Below, piece by piece: positions 12,254 through 28,152 of a stretch of 64,000 nucleotides of DNA (positions are counted from its first letter, which is position 1; every line of letters begins with the position of its first letter). The DNA is from Macrostomum lignano (lineage: Eukaryota): contig NIVC01002797.1 of assembly GCA_002269645.1 (NCBI GenBank), forward strand, positions 8,430 to 72,429. The letters run 5' to 3'. The notes under the pieces are model-generated. The model did no database searches. It was given only the letters and a program-made list of their open reading frames with translations, and was not told where the DNA came from. The translations under genes were made by a program, and so were the position numbers.

Positions 12254-12467
12254 CTACTTTCAGTTCAGTAGAAAGTTAAGCATTTTAAGCTTTTTCCAAG
12301 CCTCTTTCCCGGACCTGCCGTCCAATTTTTATTGCCTTCCTCGGGAGTTCCGGAATCTCAGCGGCGCTGACTAATGTACACTAACGGCATCCATCACTCC
12401 AGCTCCAATTGGCTTTCTTTTCATGAAATAGCTTACGCATGCTTCCTTGCTACTGAACTGAAAGTAG
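12254..12467. mobile_element. MITE-like element, 214 bp
   Basis: Perfect 18-bp inverted repeat CTACTTTCAGTTCAGTAG (12254-12271 / 12450-12467), extended imperfectly inward. AG dinucleotide on both flanks. Confidence 0.6.
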
Positions 12468-13322
12468 AGTAGCTGTCATGCCGAGCTTTTTTCTCAAAGC
12501 GCAGATCTCTAGTCACAAAGTAATTTTATTTTTAGTCAGCCAGGCAAAGCCAGCTTAATTGATAATTTTGATAATTATTATGCAGCTTTTCTTTTGTCTC
12601 CTTGTGCGTCCTGTGTGCAGCATTTGTTGTGCAACAAAGACCTACTGTTGTTATAATGATTAATCTTATTATTATCAAGTCAAATCTTGCATTATTTTCA
12701 TCTCTCTCTCACTAATCTATACGCTCGTATTGGTGTTGGCTACTTTTGTTGGATATTTTGGTAATTTAATCAGACAAAATTGATTGTGTACCATCAAGCA
12801 GAGTTTAATATCAAATTCAACATAATAATCATGATATTGATTTACTATGACTGTTAGTGATTTTGTCTTGTTTATTCCAATTTAAATCCAAATGCATTTT
12901 TGGTTCCGCATGTTGTCCGCGTCCGCGTGTCCAATGGCTTCTTTCTCCGCTAGGTTAGTTGTTTTTCCTTTGTTTTCCATTTTAACTCTTAGATTTGACG
13001 AGTAAGATATTATATTCCTGTTATTGATATAAAGTGAGCCACCTTGTATTTTCATCAGCAATTATATTAATTTATTGGTGTTTCGGTGTTTTCTGTCTTC
13101 TTTTCCGTGCAAGCAAGTTTTGAGCAGATTTCTCAGCCATAATCAAGAATATTGTGTCTCGTGTCTGTTATAAATATAATGCATTATATACGCAGCCTCC
13201 CTCGCGCCTTGCGGGAAAGAGATGTGCATATTAGCTAATATTGAAATGTCGGCTTAATGTAGATGCTAATTGAAACCATACTTCAATGTATATATGTGAT
13301 ATACTATTAATAATTCATAACT

Positions 13323-13341
13323 TATATATATATATATATAT
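13323..13341. repeat. (TA)n microsatellite
   Basis: Pure TA run. Confidence 0.9.
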
Positions 13342-14463
13342 TTGCTTTATACCCCAGGACAGCAATAGCCTATACAAAAGCAAAAGGAAATGTGCGAAAC
13401 GGGGACGCTAAGCAAGCCAGATATTAACAAATTTTAAGCGAAAAACAAATAATAACAAAAAGATGGCCTGGAAGGCAAAACGAGGCGGAGGGTCAGGCAG
13501 CGAAATAATATACAAAGCTGTTACTGTGCAGTGCAGTAGTAAACTACTCGCAGTAGTGCGCAAAGGACATGGACACGCGATGATTGGAGCATTGGAGGTG
13601 TTAATTTTACTGTTAATACGGCAGCACCGCCTAACCTGAAAGCTGGGTGAGAAAGCTCAGTTATTTTGCTATTAAATAAGCATTCACTAGTCACATAAAA
13701 AACAGTACATGATGTATATATATTATCTAATACATTCGATTAAATCCTGTATATATTTAAAAGTACATTTGTGCAATCACTGCTTAAAATGGGTCGCTTA
13801 TTCGCCAAGTGCCAGAAGCATGCAGAAGTGCAATGCTCAGAAATTTGATTGAGTTAATTTAACATTCATTCCCTCACACCGGACATAAAGTGCCACCAGC
13901 CAACAGCGGTGCAATTGTTGGGGAAATTGCATTCAAAACATTTAGCTAGAAATGTATGTTCAACTTCTAAAAAACAAGCCAAACAATTGGCGGTTTAAAA
14001 AGACAAACAAGCAACATTGCAGAAAGACGATAACTATACAGAATCCAAAAACTGCTACTAATAGTATTATTAGTAATCAAATAAAATTAACAATAACAAG
14101 CCGAAGAGAATTGCAAATCAGAAATTTCATGTTATCTTCATGTATCAGTCAGTTATGTGTGAGTGTCTAAATAACAGCGATAATGACAGTCAAGACAAGA
14201 GACAGAAAAGTCAGTAAGAGAAAAAAAGCAGAAATTCTGGGCAGTAGCAGTAGCAGCAGCATACCAAAGAGATTCTTTGCTGAGCTAAAATTGCATGTGT
14301 CAACTGTTAAAAAATATAATAAAAATGCGCCAAATTTAAACAAAAAGTAAAAGATATTATTTGCACATTATATGAAAAAACCTGCACTGTTCTTCTACTT
14401 AAAGTAGCAACGACATTTTAAATGTTTTAAAATAAAATTTATTAATTTGAATTTAAATGTTGC

Positions 14464-17347
<2,884 letters not shown>

Positions 17348-18099
17348 TTATGCTAGAACATAATCTGAGTGCTGATGTGTGATATATAGAATCACATTGA
17401 TGCAGATTATAAACTACAATGCATTGCAAAAACTTCAATTCAATAGATATTAGAATGTGGACAAAATGGGACAAACTAAATAAAAGGTAAAATTAGTTCT
17501 TAGACATTTTAGAATCAGAGTTTGATTAAGCATAGTATATTAAATAATCATTTATAAATAGACTTCAAGAAAATGTTCCTTTTCACATCCAGCCTTCTGT
17601 ATTTTTTTAGATTTTCAATGGTTATATTAAATCATTGAAATTATTAATTGAATGGTTGCTTAAGACAAAAAATTCAGTTTAATACTTTACTATGCAAAGT
17701 CTAATTACAGGATTATATTGATCAGATTTAGTATATTAATATTTCTTGTTTAAATAAAGAAACTATTATCTATAATAAAAGATGATAGATTCCAATACTT
17801 TGTGAATTAAAATTGACACATAAATTTGGGGGGGGGGCAATCTTTGAATCCTAGGATTTGGCCTTTTTTAGTCTGGGATATATGGGTATTAACCTCAGGG
17901 ATCTTTAAAGGATTAAGGAATATTATATGGTTTGCACAAAAGTTCTAGATTTTAAGATTTTAGTAAAAGAAAAGTTTGGGATTTTAATTGAAGTCCCTAA
18001 GAGAAATATGCTGTTTTATTATTCATGCCTGAAGTCAAAATTGCAATAATAACAAATAAAACTAATATTGTTTTATAATTAACTTGATATATATAGGAT

Positions 18100-18176
18100 T
18101 CAATACTTGGTTTTGAGTGCTTAAATGTCTAGGTCACAAGTGCACAGACATTTAAGCAAGAGAAACCAAGTATTGA
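18100..18176. other. 77-nt near-perfect hairpin
   Basis: 31-nt arms (18100-18130 / 18146-18176) are complementary at 27/31 positions, with a single 4-nt internal mismatch and a 15-nt loop. Confidence 0.7.
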
Positions 18177-18694
18177 GTAGTATTATAACACAATATATAT
18201 TTCTTGTGCATTAAATGACTCCAGCCAATATCTATATAATCACGAGCCATATAAAGCATACTTTTAGTGTTTAACTAGCATCTTACAACCCCCTTTGGAC
18301 TTGGAAGACTTCAACCAGCAGTGAAAAAACTCATTTATTTTTGTCTGCAAGTTACTTACCATTACAATTAAGACACAACTTTAAGAAATTAAATCTCACA
18401 GACCTCATCTTTTTTATAGAAAAAAAGCTTTTAAAAACCTTGAAATTCTCATAAAAGATATCTTCGCATGATTTTTTTATAAGATAAATCCCCTCCAATT
18501 GACTTTGTACCAGTTAAAAAGATTGCTACCCTCTCCCATAAGCATTTGAACTTAAGGCAGAAGCATTGACCATAAACAATAGGATTTGCATCTGCACACC
18601 AAATTTTTATTTGTGGCTGTTATTTATTATATTATATTATAAAATAAATGCAAAAACACACATGTACACAATGGTCTTAGCTTTAGTATATTTA

Positions 18695-18762
18695 TTGCAA
18701 TCTCTAGAGTGTTATGGACATTCAAGCAAGCATACAAACCTTAGAGATTTAGTATATTTAGA
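18695..18762 (-). mobile_element. Isolated 5' fragment of the Helitron-like family
   Basis: The reverse complement reads TCTAAATATACTAAATCTCTAAGGTTTGTATG...ATGTCCATAACACTCTAGAGA, like the unit starts at 23229 and onward. Confidence 0.75.
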
Positions 18763-19378
18763 TAGATTATAGTTCAAGATTACGTTATATATTATATCAG
18801 CAACACAGATAAAGCTCAAGAAAATTCAGGACAATCGAAATCAGCCATGGGCTATGGGCTATATAGCCTGTAATATATATGTCCAAGTTGCTTCTACATA
18901 CTTTTTATCTGCCAATGTTCAGGAAACAAGTTGGTTCAACATACCAACTGTGCTCTTTCGCTTTCTGCACAAGGCAGCAATTTGTTTGCAACAACTGCTT
19001 TTTTCTCTCTACCTATTTCTGTCTGGGCACATTCAGAAACTTATTGCTCAGCCCTCATATAGTCAGGTGTAGGTCTATCTTTAAGTGAAGTATATAATGA
19101 CTCAAAGAATGTACACCAATATATATATAGGATATATATATATATATTCAAATGTACAAGTGTACATATACAAGTTAGTTTGCCAGACATATACAGTATG
19201 TAAAGAGTGTAGCCTACAGGCATAGGGTATAGGCTACAGTGCAGTTTAGTACTACAGTCTACAATGCTATATAAGTGAATAAATGAATGATAAATTGGCA
19301 ATCTTCCAGTTTGTTTGGCAATATTATTTTTGAGTTTGAAATGGTATGTCAATATAGTGAAGCAGCAGAAAACAATAC

Positions 19379-20256
19379 CTATAGCCAAAAGGGATACAAA
19401 ATAGAGTCTGATAAGTAACAGTAATAGTTAAGGGGCAGAAAATAGAGTTACAGAGGATAATAATGTGCTACCCAATACAGCATAGCGCCAAATGCTGCAC
19501 CAGGGTATAGGTAGTACAACAGAAATTCCTAAGATGCAGTTCAAAGAGGGCATCAGATATACTATGCATATTGTTAGTTTCTGGGTTGTTAGGTTCAGCA
19601 GTTCTGCCATAGGCCGTATCTTGTTTGGTGGCACAATAAAACTTGGTATTGCTGGTTGACCAGCCATGTTAAAGAAATTCATGTAAATATGAGAGTAAGA
19701 ATCTAAGTGAAGTCAGTGAAATCAAAATGTCTTTAACAAGGCAGTGCTTATCCCCACGGTATCGTAGGAATAATTTCTGTCTTATTCCAATGGTACCGTG
19801 GGAATAATTTTCTGCTTATTTGCACGGCACACTGACGAGATCGCTGCCATATCTTTTACATATATATGCTCTACATGAATAGTTTATAGCTTTTTGAAAG
19901 GGAATTTGAATTGAGGATACTAAGAAGCTGTTGATCTGGATCAACACCATGACCAGCGTTTTTTGTATAAAAAAGCCATTAAATCTTTACTTCTATTAAA
20001 CAAATTGTCGAGCAAAGTTATGTTGTTATACTGCACTTGAACTGTAAGTACTAAACTAAATTATTCCCATGGCATATGTAGAAGATAGGCCAGCTATCTT
20101 ATCAGTGTGCTGTGCGGATAAGCAAAAAATTATTCCTATGGTACCGTGGGGATAAGCACTGCCCTTTAACAATGCTATTTTGCATCCCTTTTGGCCATAG
20201 ACTATTACTGTCACTGTTACTTGTCAGACTCTATTTTGTATCCCTTTTGGCCATAG
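19379..20256. mobile_element. Inverted-repeat element (~50-bp TIR-like arms) hosting a nested MITE
   Basis: CTATAGCCAAAAGGGATACAAAATAGAGTCTGATAAGTAACAGTAATAGT at 19379 is mirrored at ~20205-20256. No clear TSD. Confidence 0.55.
19740..20163. mobile_element. MITE, 424 bp, 9-bp TSD (Merlin- or MULE-type)
   Basis: ~50-bp TIRs start GGCAGTGCTTATCCCCACGGTA. A perfect TSD CTTTAACAA sits at 19731-19739 and 20164-20172. Confidence 0.9.
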
Positions 20257-21111
20257 TCCATAGACATAATTTTCTGGCATGCTATTAAGTTGTAGCACCA
20301 ATCCAAACTTGAAAATAATGTCGCAAAAGAAACTGGAAGATTGCCAATAAATCAATCAGTAAAAAGAGTGAGGGCAAGAGAAAGGGAAGAGAAATAAGGT
20401 ACTTCCATTTTTTAATAAGCATGCTACCCCCCCCCCCTAGTCCTTCAGTGTGATGGTACATAGGTAAGTCACAAATCTGGACAAAACTAAGTTGTACTAG
20501 ATGGTTAAAATTTTGAGGTTGGGCATATATGAGTAGCATTTTAGGTAAAAAAGTAAGTCACATAGTCAGTGTAAATCAGGGGAATTGTACATGTATATGT
20601 GCCAGTATCTATGATATTTCAGGTTATACAATAGGTATGCAAAAAATGAGGACTTATATACTTATGTTATAATTTAGTATTCAAATTAGGCCCTAGAAAA
20701 AAACATCAAAATTAGGCCTAACCAAATTTATATGAACAATTAGACAAAAAAATATTATAAAGCAATATAATCTAATATTATATTTATACTTATATATCAT
20801 GTAATCATTATTGTGACTAAAAAATCTAATGGCCAAACTAATTAGTGGGTATAATAGGCCTAGTCACTATAGATGAAATACTTGTCTTTGGGGCAAAACA
20901 TCTATGGTCAGAATGGATTTAGGATAAAACAACTAGGCCTTAGAATTCATATTTTTTAATATAGATAATTAACATTTATATATCTAGTATAGATATAGAT
21001 TAGATTCCCCCCCCCTTCAAAAATGTTCTGGATCTGAGCCAGGCCTAAAATACTAACAGACATTGTTCATAATTCATAAAGGGCCTAGGCTAGGCTTAGG
21101 CCTATAGGCCT

Positions 21112-21507
21112 AAAGTCCTACTTTGCTGCGTTAAATTATTTTGACGATAAAAAGTTAAAATCACGCTAATTAGAGTTACAGTTACACTGGAGTAGAGTTA
21201 GGAGAGTAGTTAGAAGGACGTAGGCCCATGTCAGCAATTAATAGTAGTGAGCAACCCAGTACATGAAGTTGCCGAACGTCTTCTCTGGGAAGAGGCGGCG
21301 CCAGAGGAACTCATTCAGGTGAGTCTCGAACAGTGCATCACTCGTGCCATGCATCCTTCGGAATTTGTCCTTGACATGTGCCCACGATCCCTCAATGGTG
21401 TTGGTGTGCACGGTGGGGTCGTTAGGGTCGACAAAGTGCAGACGGTGGTTCACCGTTCAAAAAAAAAGAGGTCAAAATAATTTAACGCAGCAAAGTAGGA
21501 CTTTGCC
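21112..21507 (-). mobile_element. Internally deleted Merlin (IS1595/ISXO2-like) DNA transposon
   Basis: Perfect 34-bp inverted repeats (21112-21145 / 21471-21504). The retained transposase C-terminus at 21238-21453 reads VNHRLHFVDPNDPTVHTNTIEGSWAHVK...HLNEFLWRR. Confidence 0.85.
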
Positions 21508-22299
21508 GGCCTAACCTATAAGCATTGAAAACAAGCCTGCAGATCTTAATTATCCATACGAGTTATAGGCCTAGACTAGGCTACACGCTAGTCTTAGGGC
21601 CTACCGCCTAACCGAGGTAGCGAGCGATGGTGTGAGACTGAGAAATTTTAGTCAATTGCCATTGATCGTGAGCGTCTACCTACTAACGTAACGTCTTATT
21701 GAGGTCGACGACGAGCGGGTTAAGATTATGATTATGGTTTAGAGTAAAAATGGAAGTTCAGAATTAATGATAAACAACCTATTTTTTTAAGTTAGCAAAA
21801 ACGCACATTACAATTTTAATTTTTTTTAAAGTTAAATCAAAATTGTTTTATTTGTTATATTATCAAATAAACAAGATTTTAAATCTGCTAACTTTTACTT
21901 CATTTTAGCCTCGGGAATGACCCCCAAATTTAAGTCCAGCCTTTAGCTTATTTTCTGTGGCTTAATAATGCATTTAGACTATGCTATAAAATTACAAAAT
22001 TAGAGGAGACTGCGATTGATCATTAATTTGTGTAGCTACCAAAATAAAAAAATTGCTCATATTACAAGAATTTTTACGGATTGCCAGGATCGGATATGTA
22101 ATGTAATGCAAAAACTGTCTTACATGTATCGTCGGGTCGCCTGCCAGGTTTACATGTAGCTGAATGGGTCATGGAGGCGACGTCTCCCCGCTAATCTGAA
22201 CCTAGGAAATTTATACGGGCCGCGTAGTAGCCTGCAACTACGCGGTCCTGTCAACGGTCAGAGTAGAGTAGTAGTCGATCTTCTGGCAACTAGTAGCTT

Positions 22300-22950
22300 G
22301 TCAACGGGAGAAAAACCGAAATGATGCACATCGGCACCAGCACCGCGCCCGAGCTGAGCCTGCCGAGCGGCGAAGCGATCTCAACCTGCCAAGACTTCTG
22401 CTACCTTGGGCGCGCTCATGATCTTGAATCCAGAAGATATCATCACGGACCGGAAAGCACAAGCCTGGCGTGCTGCAGTCAAGATCAGCCCTATCTTCAG
22501 CTCGGCAGCGCCCGACGCCCTCAAGATCAAGTTGTTCCGCACCACAGTCAAACCGATCCTGCTCTACTACGGACTGGAAGCCGTACCGGTGACTACCACC
22601 CAAGAAAACGCGCTAAACGGCATCCTCCGGGCGCTTCTCCGCTACACACTCGGCATCCGATTCCCCGAGACCATCTCGAACCGCGATCTCGACCGGCGCA
22701 CCGGCCTTCCACCTCTCAGCGTTATCCTGCGGCGGCGACAAACCCTCGCCGGCCACGTTTCACCCACCGCGAGAACGGCTTCGACGCGGCCAAGGCCGGT
22801 GCTGCCACGCTGATCCAGACTCTGACTGACGACCTCAGCGACCTTGACCTGACCCCGAGTGACACTGCTGATCTCTGCCCCTCTGAGCTGTTTCGCGAAC
22901 GCGTGCGCGCTAGGATTCTGTAACCCAAATTCTATTCCTCTATTCTATAG
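22300..22950 (+). mobile_element. 5'-truncated RTE-like LINE fragment, frameshifted
   Basis: QDFCYLG / RKAQAWRAA...KIKLFRTTVKPILLY(Y)GLEA...LRALLRYTLGIRFPETISNRDL...LPPLSVILRRRQTLAGH. A short ATTCT-like repeat tail follows 22923. Confidence 0.85.
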
Positions 22951-23228
22951 TAGCCTGCAGCAAAGTCAACCATCTGTATACTTGGTATACATGCAAGTGT
23001 CTTGAACTAAATTTGTGACCGAGATAACAATTATAGGGCTTCCGTGCTACTTTCACCGATCTGAGGCACGTACTATTTTCATAGATTCTGTATGTTTGAA
23101 AAGCTATATTTCCTACATGTATTTCATTTACTCGGAACTCGATTACTCGCCGACCAGGACTCGTACAGTATCGTCGTTTAAAATCATTCAAAATTATTAA
23201 GTATTTTTGGATATCCTCTATCACAATA

Positions 23229-25637
23229 TCTAAATATACTAAATCTCTAAGGTTTGTATGTTTGAATGAATGTCCATAACGCTCTAGAGACTGCAATTCT
23301 TCACCGATTTTGATCGCGTTTTCGCCAAAAGATTCAAAATTGTCTGGAAAGAAGACGGTTAAAATTTCTTTAATCTGCTTCAATGCTAAAGGGATTAAAT
23401 ATTCGAAAAACTGTTTTAAATGGCCTTTTTCAATGCAAATTTTATCAGCCAGAAACTTCACTGCCAATTTTAATTGATTGCGCCAGAGCCAACTGATAAG
23501 AAAACTCACTCCGCTCCACTTAAAGGGGGGCAATAAAAAAATTCTTCTGGCTGCTGGCAGCCAGCTCTAATTAGCTAGTCTAAATATACTAAATCTCTAA
23601 GGTTTGTATGTTTGAATGAATGTCCATAACGCTCTAGAGACTGCAATTCTTCACCGATTTTGATCGCGTTTTCGCCAAAAGATTCAAAATTGTCTGGAAA
23701 GAAGACGGTTAAAATTTATCGTATCTGCTTCAATGCTAAAGGGATTAAATATTCGAAAAACTGTTTTAAATGGCCTTTTTCAATGCAAATTTTATCAGCC
23801 AGAAACTTCACTGCCAATTTTAATTGATTGCGCCAGAGCCAACTGATAAGAAAACTCACTCCGCTCCACTTAAAGGGGGGCAATAAAAAAATTATTCTGG
23901 CTGCTGGCAGCCAGCTCTAATTAGCTAGTCTAATCTAAATATACTAAATCTCTAAGGTTTGTTTGTATGTTTGTCCATAACGCTCTAGAGACTGCAATTC
24001 TTCACCGATTTTGATCGCGTTTTCGCCAAAAGATTCAAAATTGTCTGGAAAGAAGACAGTTAAAATTTCTTGAATCTGATTCAATGCTAAAGGGATTAAA
24101 TATTCGAAAAACTGTTTTAAATGGCCTTTTTCAATGCAAATTTTATCAGCCAGAAACTTCACTGCCAATTTTAATTGATTGCGCCAGAGCCAACTGATAA
24201 GAAAACTCACTCCGCTCCACTTATAGGGGGGCAATAAAAAAATTATTCTGGCTGCTGGCAGCCAGCTCTAATTAGCTAGTCTTCTAATCTAAATATACTA
24301 AATCTCTAAGGTTTGTTTGTATGCTTGAATGAATGTCCATAACGCTCTAGAGTGAGCAATTCTTCACCGATTTTGATCGTGTTTTCGCCAAAAGATTCAA
24401 AATTGTCTGGAAAGAAGACAGTTAAAATTTCTTGTATCTGCTTCAATGCTAAAGGGATTAAATATTCGAAAAACTGTTTTAAATGGGCGACTTCAATGTA
24501 TTTTTTATCAACCTGCTCGCAGCGAGAGAATTTCACAGCCAATTTTAATGATTGCGCCAGAGCCAACTGATCAGAAAACTCAGTGAGCCCCACTGCCCAG
24601 ATAATTACTTTATTTAAATTGCGCAACCATACCAGGGGTCAAAAATAAAATTACTCTGAATGCTGGGCATATTCTAAAACTCTAATCTATGTCCATGTAA
24701 AACGCTCTACAGACTGCAATTCTTGACCAATTTTGATCGCGTTTTCGCCAAAACATTCAAAATTGTCTGAAAAGAAGACAGTTAAAATTTCTTGTAGGTG
24801 CTTTAATGTTTAAGGTATTAAATATTCGAAAAACGAGCTTTTCGAATGCTTTTAATGAAAGGCCAAGCAAGGTTGAATTCTTGACTGGCTGAATTTTCAT
24901 TCTAAATGATTGCGCCACAACAGCGTTTTGCATAGTCTCGCTATAAACTGACTCTGAGCTTTTTAGGTGGACGCAGTGTGCCAAGCATTGCGCAAGCATT
25001 TAACTGCTCAGTGGCTGTGTGTGCATTCTTCTGACCCTGGCTGAATGGCTCCGTCAGAACCAAACCTGTGCACACTGAGCATGCCTAACACTGCTATGTA
25101 TTTGACTGCAATGTCGAAGCATATATGGCTGATTTTTGCGCCCTTCCATCAGTAGGCGGAATAGCCGCAGTGTAGGCACTAGGTCTAGGTTTAGGCTAGG
25201 CGTAAGGTCCCAGGTTCGAGTCCACCTCGGTGGATAATTAAAACAAATTAATTCATTCATTTGTAGCTTGTGACTAAATATATATCTAAATATACTAAAT
25301 CTCTAAGGTTTGTTTGTATGAATGTCCATAACGCTCTAGAGATCGCAATTCTCGACCGATTTTGATCGCGTTTTCGCCAAAAGATTTGTAATCAGCCTGG
25401 GATCGTATGGTTAAAATTTCTTGTATCTGCTTCAATGCTAAAGGGATTAAATATTCGAAAAACTGTTTTAAATGGCCTTTTTCAATGCAAATTTTATCAG
25501 CCAGAAACTTCACTGCCAATTTTAATTGATTGCGCCAGAGCCAACTGATAAGAAAACTCACTCCGCTCCACTTATAGGGGGCAATAAAAAAATTATTCTG
25601 GCTGCTGGCAGCCAGCTCTAATTAGCTAGTCTTCTAA
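23229..25637 (+). mobile_element. Short ~350-bp Helitron-like units in tandem (23229-23578, 23579-23928, ~23934-24279, 25285-25629) plus a longer truncated unit (24288-25284)
   Basis: Near-identical copies with 3' hairpin CTGGCTGC-TG-GCAGCCAG then CTCTAATTAG-CTAG. Confidence 0.85.
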
Positions 25638-27486
25638 TCTAAATATACTAAATCTCTAAGGTTTGTTTGTATGCTTGAATGAATGTCCATAACGCTCTAG
25701 AGTGAGCAATTCTTCACCGATTTTGATCGTGTTTTCGCCAAAAGATTCAAAATTGTCTGGAAAGAAGACAGTTAAAATTTCTTGTATCTGCTTCAATGCT
25801 AAAGGGATTAAATATTCGAAAAACTGTTTTAAATGGGCGACTTCAATGTATTTTTTATCAACCTGCTCGCAGCGAGAGAATTTCACAGCCAATTTTAATG
25901 ATTGCGCCAGAGCCAACTGATCAGAAAACTCAGTGAGCCCCACTGCCCAGATAATTACTTTATTTAAATTGCGCAACCATACCAGGGGTCAAAAATAAAA
26001 TTACTCTGAATGCTGGGCATATTCTAAAACTCTAATCTATGTCCATGTAAAACGCTCTACAGACTGCAATTCTTGACCAATTTTGATCGCGTTTTCGCCA
26101 AAACATTCAAAATTGTCTGAAAAGAAGACAGTTAAAATTTCTTGTAGGTGCTTTAATGTTTAAGGTATTAAATATTCGAAAAACGAGCTTTTCGAATGCT
26201 TTTAATGAAAGGCCAAGCAAGGTTGAATTCTTGACTGGCTGAATTTTCATTCTAAATGATTGCGCCACAACAGCGTTCTGCATAGTCTCGCTATAAACTG
26301 ACTCTGAGCTTTTTAGGTGGACGCAGTGTGCCAAGCATTGCGCAAGCATTTAACTGCTCAGTGGCTGTGTGTGCATTCTTCTGACCCTGGCTGAATGGCT
26401 CCGTCAGAACCAAACCTGTGCACACTGAGCATGCCTAACACTGCTATGTATTTGACTGCAATGTCGAAGCATATATGGCTGATTTTTGCGCCCTTCCATC
26501 AGTAGGCGGAATAGCCGCAGTGTAGGCACTAGGTCTAGGTTTAGGCTAGGCGTAAGGTCCCAGGTTCGAGTCCACCTCGGTGGATAATTAAAACAAATTA
26601 ATTCATTCATTTGTAGCTTGTGACTCGACTGAATATAACATATTTTTTATTAATTTTAATTGCAACATTTTTTATTAATGCAAATTAATTTTTGCTACTT
26701 GGCACAAGCCACTTATCAAATTTGATTTTAAAAAACTGCTTCGTGTATTACTGATCCCATCAATGAGTACTGCCTAGCTCCATGAAAGTATGAAATTGCT
26801 ATTAAACTGCAGACTATTCTGCTAAAATTGCTTAAAGGTATTGCTAAATTTTGAGCTTTTTAAGAATGCCGATATGAATTGAAAATTGATTAGTGAGCCG
26901 TAAAATGCTGAGCACATTTTTATATTATTGGAGATGAGAACTGCAGATGCTGAGGGGAACTGCAGATTGTCGAAGCTATCATTCATGCACAGTGGATACT
27001 TGCAGGCTGCTAAGAGTATGACTGCAGTCTGTTTGCGGGATTAGAAGTGATAGCTAATTTCAGGTTGTTGTGGAGATAACTGCCGATTTCTGGGGGGAGG
27101 GGTTAACTTCAAACTGCTGAAGTTACTAAACCTCTTGAATAGTATAAGGCTTTTAGTAGAAGGTCGGAAGCTCGAGTCTGTAGTGAAGCAGCGAATTTAT
27201 CTTTGTGACAATAATCATTGTTTCCTATGAGTATTCATGCAAATTTTTAGCATTTTCATTTTGTAGATACTTTTGCTGGGGCTACGCTAAGCTTTAAGAG
27301 CAGCGCTAATCGGGGAGAGCAGTGCTAATCTGATGTATAAAATAAAATAATAAATATGTAAGGGGATTACAAATCAACTTTAACCTGCAAGTTGACAAAG
27401 CATTTCATATGGTTTCGATTATCCAGAAACAATATGGCAATAAGCAAAGATTAGTGGCCATCTGCTCACTGATTGTGCAAAACAGT

Positions 27487-28152
27487 GCTGGTGAATCATT
27501 GCTAAACTGCTGGTGAAGCATTGTTAAACTGCTGGTGAAGCATTGCTAAACTGCTGGTGAACCAGTGCTGAAATGCTGGTGAACCATTGCTGAAATGCTG
27601 GTGAACCATTGCTAAACTGCTGGTGAAGCATTGTTAAACTGCTGGTGAAGCATTGTTGAAATGCTGGTGAACCATTGCTGAAATGCTGGTGAACCATTGC
27701 TAAACTGCTGGTGAAGCATTGTTAAACTGCTGGTGAAGCATTGCTGAAATGCTGGTGAACAATAGCTAATGCAAACTGCTGGTGAAGCATTGCTAAACTG
27801 CTGGTGAACCATTGTTGAAATGCTGGTAAAGCATTGCTGAATGCTGGTAAACCATTGCTGAAATGCTGGTGAAGCATTGCTAAGCTGCTGGAGAACAATT
27901 GCTGAAATGCTGGTGAACCATTGCTGAATGCTGGTGAAGCATTGCTAAACTGCTGGTAAAGCATTGCTCAACTGCTGGTGAACCATTGCTGAAATGCTGG
28001 TGAAGCATTGCTAAACTGCTGGTGAACCATTGCTGAAATGCTGGTGAACCATTTCTGAAAGGCTGGTGAAGCTTTGCTAAACTGCTGGTGAACAATTGCT
28101 GAAATGCTGGTGAACCATTGCTGAAATGCTGGTAAACCATTGCTAAACTGCA
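27487..28152. repeat. 22-bp tandem repeat TGCTGGTGAACCATTGCTAAAC
   Basis: About 30 tandem copies. Confidence 0.95.

Noticed and set aside
21238-21453. Bacterial IS1595/IS1016 contamination or recent horizontal transfer
   Set aside because: Eukaryotic Merlin elements share these motifs, and the fragment sits within TIRs in continuous animal DNA.
22940-26610. Repeated minus-strand ORFs such as NQLKLAVKFLADKICIEKGHLKQFFEYLIPLALKQI
   Set aside because: These are antisense readings of the non-coding Helitron-like units. They have no Rep or helicase motifs, and starts and stops vary between copies.
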